DNA of 52,991 bases, filler included, from Bilabrum cf. latius (lineage: Eukaryota), in NCBI GenBank assembly GCA_965178125.1. It is 2 parts of 2 records of this genome, joined end to end, with 100 filler letters (N's around TTAATTAATTAA, not from the genome) between each part and the next. Parts side by side here need not be neighbours in the genome. Positions count along the whole stretch, not along the records: positions 26,569 to 52,991 come from CBCXTV010000034.1; 1 more part is not named here. One strand, written 5' to 3'. The position numbers and the translations under genes were made by a program. Under the pieces are notes generated by a model. That model saw nothing but the letters and a program-made list of their open reading frames with translations. It ran no database searches and was not told the origin of the DNA. Below are positions 26,569-37,976 of this stretch, in pieces (position 1 is the stretch's first letter; each line of letters begins with the position of its first letter).

Positions 26569-29500
26569 CGCTCTCGGAGCTGAGGATCCGTCCCTCGACG
26601 ACCTCACGCTCTCGTCCCTCACACCCCCCGTCTCCCCAGCCGCTCCGGGATGGAGTGGTCGTCCAAGGTGGGCGGAGGAGAGCCCCCCGCGTGCCAAAGG
26701 GGCATTGACGGTGCCGCCGCCCCAGACGGTGGGAGTCGGACTCCCACAGGCCCTGGGCAAGCGCGGCAGACTCCTTCCCGCGGAGCTCAGCACTTCCTCA
26801 TCCACTCCGAAGGAGAGGAAGTCTCCGCCGGTCCCGAGCCGGACCAGGAACGGCCCCCGTCCAGGGGCCGCTCCCGGTCTCCGTCGTCTCCGCCTACGAC
26901 GTCCGACTTATCTTTGCCAGCAAGTCGCCGCTCTCGTATCGTCGCTCAGTCGTCTCGGTGCCGCTCCCAGGCACGCGGCCGCCGCGCGCGGTCGGGGTCG
27001 CGCCCCGATACCCCGCGCCCGCCGCGCCGCCATGGCGCCATGGCGCCACGACGCCTCGCGCAACGAGATCAACTGCTACGCGCTCTACAAGCAAGGCACC
27101 CGTGGATGTCACCGCGCCGGAACAGCCTCTGGGCGACGGGAGTGGTGGAAGTTGGACTTCCACACGCTCTCCCGCCCGGATGGTTGTCTTGGACGGAGGC
27201 ATCCCCACAGGAAGTGATGGCGACATGCTTGCGATAGCGGAAGATAGTCGCGCTCGAAAATTCTTGCAAAATTGTGATGATGATGGCAATTCCGACGTCG
27301 ACCTCGAGGCCGAGCTCGAGGCGATTATGCAAGAGTCCTACGACTCAGCGCTCAACGAGTTGGTCGATCCCGGCCGGAGCGCGAGCGCGCGTGATGCACC
27401 GCGACTCACCTCCCCGGAGGGCGCGCTGGTCGGCGGGAGTTGGACTCCCGTGAGACCGGACGCCCCGAAGGGAGATGGGCCGCCCCCGCGTGCGCACGTC
27501 GCGTCATCTTCGTCTTCGCTACCGCCGACTGCCTCCCCGAGTCGTCCGCCCCGATCGGCGTCGAGGACCGATCCGGCCATCTCGCGGTCGCTCCTTCGCC
27601 AAGCGATCGAGTTGTCGGTCGGTCGAGGGCTGGCAAGAGTGAAAATGATGGAATCGAATATGTGAATTTCCCGTTCCAGGGTGGCTCAATCCCCGGCGCC
27701 GATGCTAGTGGAGGTGATGCCTCCACGGATGGTATCGACGTCGGGGACAGTTCGGGCCTCCCCCATGACCATTCCGTCAGTGTCGATCCGGTGCGTGGGT
27801 GCGGGGCGCCCACCGCATCGGGTGATCAGTATCGGTTGGGTATTGATGCCCATGATTCGGCCATGGGGAACGGGAATGAATCGGCGCCAGCGGACGACGT
27901 GAATGACGTCGATCTGTCAGGAAGGAAGCGCGTGAAGATGGGAGGCGAGGGGAACGAGGGCTTGATGCAGTCCCGCGAGATCTACGCCGAGTGCGAGTCG
28001 CTCAGGCAGATGAACGTTCAAATGGAAAAGACGATCCGGGACATGCGAGAGCGCCAAGCCGAGAATGAAGAGAAATGGATGAGTTGTGAGCGGATTGCGG
28101 AGCGCAAGTACGCGCAGGTTTTGGAAGCGCACGAGGCTCTCAGCGGGCGTCTCTGTCGGACGGAGGCACTCGTTGAAGCTTCGAAGGTTCAGGCGAACCA
28201 GCAAATGGGGTATTTGGAGAAAGTAATCGAAGACCATCAGCAGCGCATGTCTCAAGTAAGGCAGGTTGAGGAAACCGCCTGCGAGATGTTGCATAGTGAG
28301 CTGCATAGTGCCAGAACGGAGTATCGTCAAGAAGTTGAGCATGCTGAGCAGTCGCGGACGAGTATGAGGAGATGGTGAAGTTGGCCGACGAACAACGTGA
28401 GTTTGCAGTCGCCCACCATAAACATAAGTATGTTGCCCTCCGCGAATCGACGGTGGTTACCATCAAAGAAGTTCGCCGAGAAGGAGGCGCAGGCTCCGCA
28501 GCGACTTCGGGCCGAGTGTCAAGTGGAGGTTGACCCCGGGGAGTCGAACCTTGAGGAGCGGATGCAGGACATGGCTGGGACGCTGGCCAACATTGAGGCT
28601 TTCGAACGGCGTGCACGCCAACAGGTCCTCTACTCTGCAGTCCGAGCTCTCCGAGGAACGGCGAAATAGTGGCGACGCGTTGATCCTGAAGAGATCGTTG
28701 GAGCAGTCGCGGCACCAGTTGGACACGTTTTCGACGGAGTTCGGCCGGTATCGCGAGGCGGAAGTCTTCATGTTACAGGAGTGCCGCCGTGAGTGTGAGG
28801 CCGCCCACCAGTACAAGACCATGTTTGATGTCGCGAGGACGTCATATCAGGGGTCGATGAAGAACAGGGACGGTCAGATCCACGACCTCAGGAAGCAGTT
28901 GCGCGACGCGGAGACTCGTGCCCATTCCGCCTTGCGTGATGCCGAGCGTGACGAGGCCAAGGCGGCCGACCGGGCTCTACATGAAAGAGTCAACGACGAA
29001 CTCATGGCCACCAGGCAGGTGTTGGAGCGCACTGAGAAAGCGTGCATCCGAGCTGACCAAGACGTGGACGATCTTCGACAAAGGCTGGCTGAACTTCAGG
29101 CGCGAGATGAGCACAAGGCATCGACGGCCAGGATGAGTTCGCCCGTTACGGTGACCCGGGCGGACGCGAGTAAGACTTGCGCAACCCTGGGTTCCGGTGC
29201 CGCGATGTCCGAGCCTTTGGCTTCTTGTTCGAATGGCCTCCCAGGCGACGCTGGGGGCGGGGTTCGGCACCCCTCCTCCGGTATCCCACAGGAAGGAGGC
29301 TATGTGCTTGGGACTGCCGCTGGTGGAGCTCGGAGCTCCACAGGTGGTGGCGTTTCCGGCCGATGAGCCAACCCCTCAGCCGAATGGTGGGCCTCCTCCG
29401 CATTCCCCCACGCCCACTGTTGCCCGTTGTGACCTCTCGGATGACGGGCGGGAGTCAGACTCCCGCGGACGTTCCGGGGGGGAATGACGGTGGGGGGGCC

Positions 29501-31126
29501 GCCCGACGGCGGAGGCGGGGGTGACGACGACCCATCGTATTGGAAGGATGAGGACGGATATGTTTGGTATCGCCTTCCCGGAGGTGGTGGACCTCCGGAT
29601 GGGGGCGGTCCCGGCGGAGGAGGGGGCGGCGATCCCGGTGACGGAGATGACGACGATGCGGATGATGAGCACCAGGATGGTGAGCCCGCTCGCCGTGGCC
29701 GATCCCGGGACAAGAAGGACAGGAAGAAGAAGAAAGAGGACAAGAAGCGAAAGAAGGGAAGTAGTAGTAGTTCCTCTTCGTCCTCCAGTTCGTCTAAGAA
29801 GTCGAACAAGCGCTCCAAGGACAACAAGTTGAAGGAGCAGAACAAGATGGAAGTGCCCCCCTATCCAGCGGTGGCCATGCTCCGCAACTACCGGGTGGAG
29901 TTGTACGAGAAGGTGTGTGCTTGTGCGCAGGACAAGGAGGAATCGGAAGTGCTCAAGTGGTTGTGCGCCGTCGAGGAGAACTCCGCGAAGTACGAGGACT
30001 TCGAGAAGCCCGGCAAGCGTTTCGCGACGCTAGACCGGAAGTTGGGGATTGCGCTCCAGGCAACCCTGACTGGCGAGGTCCTCAGGCGCGTCAAGCATCT
30101 CCGTCAGTTGGCGGCCCATGACGGAAAGTTGATGGCGGGTCGTCAGATTCTGTACGAGATCTACAAGGATCGGTCGACATCCCATACGTCGCAGAAGTTG
30201 TTCTCCGCGGGGGGAAATCACCCAGATCGACTGGTTCGGCGACGAGAACATGCAGAGATTCAAGACGGTGTGGGAAGACCGGATGAGTCATGCCATGGGG
30301 GAGATCCCCATGTGGATGAAGGCATACCAGTTGGAACGATGCATTAGGAAGTCGACTGTGTTGTCGCCGTTCTTCGTCATGTACCAACTGAACAATCCGG
30401 GGGACGTCACAGAGAACAACGCTCTTGATCGCCACACGGCTCTTATGGAGATTTTGGATACAGCTATCGAGCGTGGCCGAGAGGAGCGAAATCGGGTTCA
30501 GGCGGCGAAGTCCAACCAGACGTATCTGAACCAGATGATGGGAACGGAGAAGCAGAAGTCCGCCCACTGCTCCGGGCCCTCCGGCTGCGCCGGGAAAGGG
30601 CAAGGACAAGGGCGGTAGAGGCAAGGGCAAGGACAAGGGGCGGAAGCCATCTCCCAAGGCGCCAAACCCGGGCGGACCCGGGAAAGGGAAGGGTGGCAAG
30701 CCGTCCGGCAAGCCGAGCCTGTTGTCCAAGAACTATTGTTTTCATCATGTGTTCGATCGCTGCAACAATCCGAACTGTCAGTACGTCCACGAGATGCCCA
30801 AGACCGATGAAGAGCGCGCTGAGTTGCGGAAGAAGATGGAATACGTGAAGTCACGTTCCCCCTCGCCGGCTCGGGGTAGGCCGAAGGGGAAAGGCGGGAG
30901 AGGCAAGGACAAGGGAAAGCCTAAGGGGGCGACGTCTGCGCCGGCCTCGTCGTCGGCGGGAGGCGGATCTGAGCGCGGGAGAAGTCAGAGTCGGAAGAAG
31001 AAGAAGAAGACCAAGAAGGCCCCCGCGCACAGTCCAACTCCTCATCAGCGTCGTCCACGCCCTCGTCCACCTCTTCCCGCAAGAAGAAGAAGAAGAAGAA
31101 GAAGAGTCGGGCATCTTGACGGTTAG
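26569..31126 (+). CDS. gag: Gag-like region (frameshifted): low-complexity N-terminus, long coiled coil (~27950-29110), capsid-like core (~29830-30500), basic tail
   Basis: ORF pieces 26650, 26958, 27440, 28530, 29484, 30250 and 30722. The core reads KEQNKMEVPPYP...KWLCAVEE...FATLDRKLGIALQATLTGEVL...GKLMAGRQILYEIYK, and it lies directly upstream of the protease. Confidence 0.7.
30737..30790 (+). CDS. CCCH zinc finger at the nucleocapsid position of Gag
   Basis: CFHHVFDRCNNPNCQYVH = C-x7-C-x4-C-x3-H, flanked by GKGKGK-rich basic sequence. Confidence 0.8.
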
Positions 31127-32044
31127 CGGCGCCTGCGGTGGTGTGCCATGATGAGATGCGGAGCTTAGGGCTCCGTCTCCGTGGCATTTCCCCGCGGGTG
31201 CCGTGTGAGCCGCTGGGGTGTCCCGGCCGTCCAAAGGAAGTCCCAGTCTCGGGGTTTGTCCGGATCTCACTCCCCTGATCGTTTCTTCGATAGGGTTGAG
31301 GTTGTGATGCGTCACCTTGAGCAGTATGTCCCGTCCGGTGGGCGGGGCACATCTTCCAGCCGCTGCGGAGGTGGGACCTCCGCCCGCGGTAGGAGGAGCG
31401 GTCGTGTTCGAATCGGGAGCGAGCCGCTTGTGTATGTCTGTGATTTGGGGATGTGAGGCATCCGCAGACACGGACACTCCCGACACTCCGCCTCGTCGGA
31501 GGTCTCGTTCGCCGGGTGGAGCAAGGGCGAGGTCCCCATCTATCTCGTTTGGCTACATTCAGGTTCATGAGGTTCCGTCCGAGGTTGAGAGTGCTCGACT
31601 GCGATCGCCCAGAGGAAGGACCAAGCCATACCTCCCCCTCGACCGTTGTGCGTCTCTGCTTGACGAGCATTATTGGTCGCTGGTGCGGCAAGCCGTCGCG
31701 AGGGCTGATGCGGTGGGAGCTGCTATGAAGTTGGGACGACCAGGCCCTCACACCTGTCAGGTGGTGTGGGACAACACGGGCACGGCGTATGTCGCTCTGC
31801 CTCGTGAGAGTCATGATCCCGATTCAGGTTATCCTTTCCGTTTGTCCCGGGCGAAGGCGGTGAAGATGCTCGATGGGACGTGGAACTCATTCCATCATCT
31901 TGGCGAAGTGCCTGGCCCTCAGGAGCGAGTGCAACACGGGTCGACGTTGGGTTGGCTCGGGGCCGGCATCTGGCGTTCCCCCGATTGCGCGGCGGCTAGT
32001 CCTACGCGAGCGTCGGAAGAACTCCGGGAGTCGCTAAGGTGGAC

Positions 32045-32370
32045 AAGTGGTTGATGGATACGGGGCGTGGCTGGGATCCTGTTGGAGCCGATAACGTTGC
32101 TCATCTTCCGGGTGCCGTCGGGGAAGCTGAAGAGCAGCTGAAGTTTTGGACCGCAAACGGCGTGACGAATGCCACCAGGATGCGCTTCTTACCGTTGCTC
32201 CCTTGGGTGGGACCGTCCGCCCATTGATCATGGAGGATTCACCCGATGTGTTGTCCATTGGGAGGCGTTGCATGGATATGGGGTATTCCCTGTATTGGCA
32301 TGAGCCGTACTTCGTGCTCCCCGACGGTTCGCGTGTAACGTTTGAAGTCGAAGGGTACATCCCTTTCATG
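32045..32370 (+). CDS. pol: Retropepsin-type aspartic protease (one frameshift)
   Basis: KWLMDTG with DTG at 32057-32065, flap motif FWTANG, then in the next frame PLIMEDSPDVLSIGRRCMDMGY. Confidence 0.8.
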
Positions 32371-32688
32371 CGGTCCACCGCGGTGCCGGTGCGATGCGAT
32401 GACGATTACGGCGAGCCTTGCTTGGCGGTCCGGAGTGGGGGTTATGCCTCCATACCGGCCCTTCCGGCGGGCGACGGAGCATCCGAGGGCGATTCGCTCC
32501 CTCCCGTGGCTCCTCTTGAGGTTGGTCCAGGAGATGAGGGTGACGTTCACGGAGAAGGTGAAGGAGTTCAGATGGATGAGGTGATCGACGAGGGTGCCCC
32601 AGATGGTGGAGAGGTTGACTGGATCGGGCCCGAGGCCGATGGTCGACGGGACCTGTATAGTGTCTATGGGAGGGCCAACACGGTTGAG

Positions 32689-33560
32689 CACATGCTGTTC
32701 CATTTCCCGAAGAGCCCGTATTGCCGGATCTGTCAGGAGGCGGCTTATGCAGCGGAAGCCGAATCGTCGGCGGAAGGACTTGCCTGACCAGTACAAGGTG
32801 TTCGGTGACATGATCACCATGGATCACATCGACGCCAACGATCTGCGCAAGAACGGATTGCACGGCGAGAAGGACATGCTTATTGTGTTCGACCTGGCGA
32901 CGGCATGGATTGCAGCCTATCCTGTCATGAACAAGACCGCTGGGTGTGTTGTGTCGTCCTTGATCAACTTCCTTGGGCAAGAGAAGGCCAAGGCGTTCTA
33001 CTCCGATAAGGCCCCCGAGTTGCTGGCGGGCGTCGAGCAGTTGCCTGGTCCTCCCGTTGTTCACCGCACAAGTATACCTGGAATTCCCCAGACAAACGGG
33101 ATTGCGGAGAGTCGAGTGAAGTCCGTGATCCGGGGGGTGAGGACCAACCTGTTGCAGGCTGGGTTGCCCCATGTCTGGTGGCCGCACGCTGCACGGTGTT
33201 ATGCCGTTCACAGCAACGTTGCGGGACTCCAGGAGAACACCCCTATGCAAGCGCGGCACAAGGAGGCATTTAAGGGAGAAGTGATCCCTTCGGTGCCTTG
33301 GTGTTCGCGATGCCGAGTGGGATCAACCGGAAGCGGAACTTCAAGTTCGAGGCCGCGGCCCAGCCGGCCGTGTTCTTGGGATACGTCGTTCAGGATGGCG
33401 GGAAATGGTTCGGGGAGTATGTGTGTGCGTTCGCGTCTGACTTTGTCGATGCGTCGTTCTATTCTCGGGCCCGCTGGTCAGAGTGCCGGGTTCCCGTTCA
33501 TACTGGTCGAGAATTGCGCTTCAACTCGGCAGTGCCCGTTCAGTTCCCTTGTCGGGCTGC
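32689..33560 (+). CDS. pol: Integrase: HHCC zinc motif, DDE core, copia-type C-terminal domain
   Basis: HMLFHFPKSPYCRIC at 32689-32733; MDHID (D at 32822); FYSDKAPEL (D at 33005); PQTNGIAES (E at 33107); then KFEAAAQPAVFLGY. Confidence 0.92.
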
Positions 33561-34429
33561 CTACGAAAGGGACAACGAGACGGTGCTTGGGGTGAAGAAG
33601 TGCCTGCAGCGCGAACGTGACGCGGATGAAGGATGCGATGACGTTGGCGACCCCGATGGCTTGGGTGTCGATGGCGAGCCGGTCCCGGAACGGGAGCCAC
33701 TCCTTCGTGATGATGAGCGCCCTCCTTTCGAGGAGGATGTCGCCGACCGCGTTTGGGGAGGCCTCTCATGCGGATGAGCCGGAGGTTGTCGAGCCCTACC
33801 CGACGGAGGTGCACAAGGAGCTGCAGGAGTTGAAAGACGAGGTCGATCGTTTGGAGCACATGCTCGTGCAAATTCCTTCTGGGAGAAGGGTTCAGGGCAG
33901 AGATGTGGACCAATTTGGAAAGGTGATCATGAAGACTACCCGTCGCCTTACATCGAATCCGACGATTGGATGAGGATGAACGAGTCCACCAAGAGGTCGC
34001 TTATCGACCAGCACCAGCAGGACCTCGACATGCTGATGGGTAAGAAGGAGAGGTTGGCCATGTTGACTCACACGATTGCTGAGTACGAGCGACGGCACAC
34101 CTCCCCCGAGTTGTGTGGTGACAGGGTTACCGCAGGCTTCTCGGGTACGGGGGGTGCATCGTCCTCTTCGAGTTCTTCTGCTGTGCCTCTCTGCAGCGTG
34201 TGTGCGAGGTGCGGGTGTCAGACACCCGCGGCCTCCGGCGTGGTCGAGAGTCGCTCGGGGGGCGGATGTGAGACGTCCGCAGTCCCCGGGGGGCCCGACG
34301 TGTCCTCGGAGGACATCGCCATGCCGGTGGTTATTCCTGAGTCCATTCCCCATCGTGAGAGGAATCCCATGGTCGTTACTTCGTACTACGCCTGTACTGC
34401 TCGTGATGTGAACCACAAAGAGCGGGCAT

Positions 34430-35790
34430 GGAACGTCGAGGCGCAGAAAGCCTCAAGAAGGAGTGGGGTCGCCTTCGATCATGTGGAAATGGCGAAGGGT
34501 GTTGGGACGAGACCCGTCTCGAGAGTTCGATGATGTTCAGGCGGAGTATCGCGGGAAGAAGGTCACCGCTCATTTTGGCCGTGTCTTTGACATATGCGTC
34601 GAGAAGAACTTTCACCTGGAGAAATTGCCCAATGGAGACCTCCCTCCCGGGCGGAAATACAAGGGTCGAGCCGTCTACCAAGGAAACAACGTGAAGGATC
34701 AGGAGGGCAACTGGGCCATCTTTCAGGAGCTGGCCTCATGTCCCTCTACGATGGAGGCGTCCAAGATCGTTGACTTCTATTCCTTGTTGGAAGGTCATGT
34801 GGGCGAGCAGGCCGATGCCGACATGGCCTATACTCAGGCTCGTTTCATTGGACCTCCGACGTGGGTCGAGGTGCTTCGCGAGCAGTGGCCCGACGCGTGG
34901 GATGGTGTTGGGCGCCATCAGCCCCGCTTTCGGCGGCCGGTTTGTCGGCTTCTTCGGGCGTTGTACGGGCATCCCGATTCGGGGGGGCTTGTGGGAGAGA
35001 CATTGCGATTCTCATCTGAGGTCGATCGGGTTTCGTGAGATCGACCCGTGGCGCAGCGTCTACTTCCATGACAAATTACAGGTGCTCCTCGTTGTCTATG
35101 TCGACGACTTTAAGATGGCAGGGAAGAAATCTGCTCTCGACAAGTGCTGGGGTGAGATTAGACGGGAGTTGCGCATGGAGGATCCAGAGCCCTTCGGTCT
35201 CTTCTTGGGTTGTGCCCATGAGGTCGGGGAGGTGAAGTTGGATTCGTCCTTGCCCCCGGTGCGCACGATGACGTACAATGTCGAGGCTTACCTCCGCAAG
35301 AGCATTGACAAGTACTTGGCGGTCCTCCCTCCAGGATCCTCATTGAAGAAGGCTGCCACTCCGTTCCTGACAGTCGCGGACCCCTTTGATGTGGCGCGCC
35401 CTTCGGGCGTCGGTCACGACCCTCGGATGTGTCCGTGGTGTCGTGGTGTCTTCGACTCGTCGGAGTTTTTGCCTCCCTCGGGGAAAGTCAAGGGTAGTGG
35501 GTGTAAGACACCCGCGAAGAAATCGGGTGACGGGTGTGGGACGCCCGTGACGCTTGAGAAGCCCGCTCCCCGGGGGGTCTTGGCTGAAAAGGCAGCCAGC
35601 GTGCTGATGCAGATTCTGTACGCGGCGCGTTACGCCCGTTTCGATCTGCTCTGCGCAGTGTCCAAGTTGGCTCAGCGGATAGCCACTTGGGACGAAGATT
35701 GCGATCGCCAGATCTACCGCCTCATGTGTTACATACACTCGACGTTGAGTTGGCGGCAGGTCGGGTACGTTGGCGATCCCCTCGGGGTGG
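34430..35790 (+). CDS. pol: Copia-type reverse transcriptase (frameshifted)
   Basis: KYKGRAVYQGNNVKD, QADADMAYTQA, LLRALYGHPDSGGLW, LLVVYVDDF (YVDD at 35097-35108), FLGC and LMQILYAARYARFDL. Confidence 0.95.
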
Positions 35791-35794
35791 TCGC

Positions 35795-36270
35795 GTTCGA
35801 GCTTTATGCCGACGCTGACTTCGCCGGGGAATGGTTCTAAGAAGTCTACTGCGGGGCTCCACGTGTCCATAGCGGGACCACGCACGTTTATTATCCGGTC
35901 AACGGTCAGAGCAAAAGGCAGGAGTGCGTGAGTCATTCAACTCCGGAAGCGGAGATGGTGGCAGCTGACCTCGCAATTCGTAAAGGAGGGCCTGTCCTGC
36001 TTGGACTTGTGGGATGTCCTGTGTCCAGGTCACAATCCACTCATCTTCTGGGAAGATAACGAAGCATGATTCGTGTCTGTCGATCTGGTCGCAATCCAAC
36101 GATGAAGACTCTCAACCGCACGCATGCGGTGTCTATTGCGGCTATGAAGGAGGTGTTCGACAGGGAGGATATCGAGTTGCGGTACGTGCCTTCAGCACGT
36201 CAGGCCGCCGATATCCACACGAAAGCCTTTGACAATGGCGATAAATGGAAGGATGTATGTGTCTTGATTG
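35795..36270 (+). CDS. pol: Copia-type RNase H (frameshifted)
   Basis: YADADFAG, KSTAG, SKRQECVSHSTPEAE, WEDNEA and QAADIHTKAF. Confidence 0.93.
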
Positions 36271-36569
36271 GGATCTACGATATGCAAACGTTCGACGTTC
36301 AGGAAACCATCACATTTTGGGCCACTCCGCCTCCGTCCAAGGCGACGTTGGCTCAAGAGAATGAAGTTGCGGCTCCTGCAGGCTGTGGGCGTGAGTCGCC
36401 CGCGCCGTGGGTGCCGTCGCCCGGGGGCGTTGGGAGTGGGCGTTGGACGCCCGCGGTCCCTCCGCTCCTCCCCGTTCGCGGCGCGACTGTGTCCTCGTCC
36501 CATCCGGTACCCGGACGGGGGGGTTCTCCCACCCCTCGCGGGGGTTCTCCTGTCCGGGGGGGTTCCGTA

Positions 36570-36605
<36 letters not shown>
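36570..36605 (+). repeat. 36-nt poly-G run within four GGGGGTTC units at the RNase H / DNMT frame junction
   Basis: Read directly from the sequence. The RNase H frame enters the run and the DNMT frame is open from the run onward (+1 offset). Confidence 0.9.
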
Positions 36606-36607
<2 letters not shown>

Positions 36608-36675
36608 CCGCGCGCTTTCAATCTTTCGGTCCGACTGCTGACGTGCCGCCGAGGCCAGAATCCACCGCTCGGCGG

Positions 36676-37395
36676 GTCATTATAGAGGTGTGCTGCAGTC
36701 CGACCTCGTCGATCGGCCGTTTCGCTCCTCAGGGATGCCATGTGGAGCGCATCACGGCGGCCGACGACTTTGCGTCGCGGGAAGGTAGGAACAAGGTATC
36801 GCGTGCGCTCAAAAGATATCGTGATGTACCCGTCTTGGTGTGGGTCTCTTTTCCGTGTACCGGTGGTTCGATGTGGCAGTCGCACAACTGGTGTACGGGT
36901 GATGAGTCCACGCGGAAGTTGATTTCCCAGCATTGGAAGTTGTTCCGTCGCTTGTGGAAGTCGTTCGTCGAGACGATCTTTCCGTCCGTTGCGGCCGGTG
37001 AAGTCGAGCTTGCTTGGGAGTGGCCACTCTCGTGTGTATATTGGGGTTGGTCACGTCATGGGTCGTGTTACGACGGTTCGAAGCAGGTCCCGGTCAAAGA
37101 AGTGTTGTCGCAGTTACGATTGACGTCATTGGTTGTTCATGGGTGCGAAGTTGGGTTGGTGGCCCAGTCGGGTCGACGTTCCGGGGGATCTGTTCGTAAG
37201 TTATGGAGAATTGATGTCTCGTGCCCGGACTTGCTGGGGACGCTAGGTAAGATGATAGTTCCCGGAGCATCTGACCACTTGGTTTGCGTGCACGGTGTTT
37301 CGCATGGTCACGTCAAGTGTGAAGGGTCAGTGACTAGGTCAACGGAAATGTACCCGAGCGTTTGGCGGGGGCTATTCATCGTGGGTGGGAGCGCA
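36676..37395 (+). CDS. Cytosine-5 DNA methyltransferase-like domain C-terminal to RNase H
   Basis: Motifs in C5-MTase order: I-like VIIEVCCSPTSSIG; IV VWVSFPCTGGS (PC at 36853-36858); VI-like AWEWP; VIII-like HGCEVG..RKLWRI; X-like TEMYPSV/LAGAI. Confidence 0.7.
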
Positions 37396-37976
37396 TATCG
37401 AGGAGGACGGACAGGAAGAGGGGGAAGATCACGCATGGGGCGAGTCAGCGCGCGTGTGTCGCGCGTCAGGTCTGTCCCGACCCGCAGCCGCCAGGCCCGG
37501 GCCCTTCGCCCCCCCCCCCCCCTGTCGGCCCCCAGCGCGTGTCGTCGTGGGCCTTGTTCCTCGACGGCAGCTTTTCGACTCTCTCTTTCCTCGGTCGCGC
37601 GCTCCGGCGCGTGGCCGCGCCGTTTGGCGTTTCTTGGCCGCCTTTCTGCGGTCCTTCTTCTTCGCGTCTCCCCGACGCATCAGGCCTTTCGGCCTCTAGG
37701 GGGCGGTTGAAGACCAGTGGGAGTTGGACTCCCGTAAGGTCGGATACCCCTCCTCTCTTCCCTCAGCTATCCGGGGAGCCGAAGACTCGTGGGTGTTGGA
37801 CACCCGCAGGGTCGGAGGCCGCCTTGACACGCTTCCTCTTCGCGGGAGGTCGAGCGCCTTGCGATCGGGTCGTATCCCCGTCCCGCTCGGCATTCCCTCT
37901 TGCGCGGGTTGGCTTGGTTGAAGGGGCGTCGCTTGGTGGGCGTTGGACGCCCGCAGAGCCGGTCCCTCCTTCAACC

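Noticed and set aside
37401-37428. Purine-rich tract after the DNMT domain as the PPT, which would end the element at ~37.4 kb
   Set aside because: It is not followed by TG, it lies in an open frame, and the downstream sequence does not resemble the region before the PBS/gag of copy 2. The hairpins also continue beyond it.
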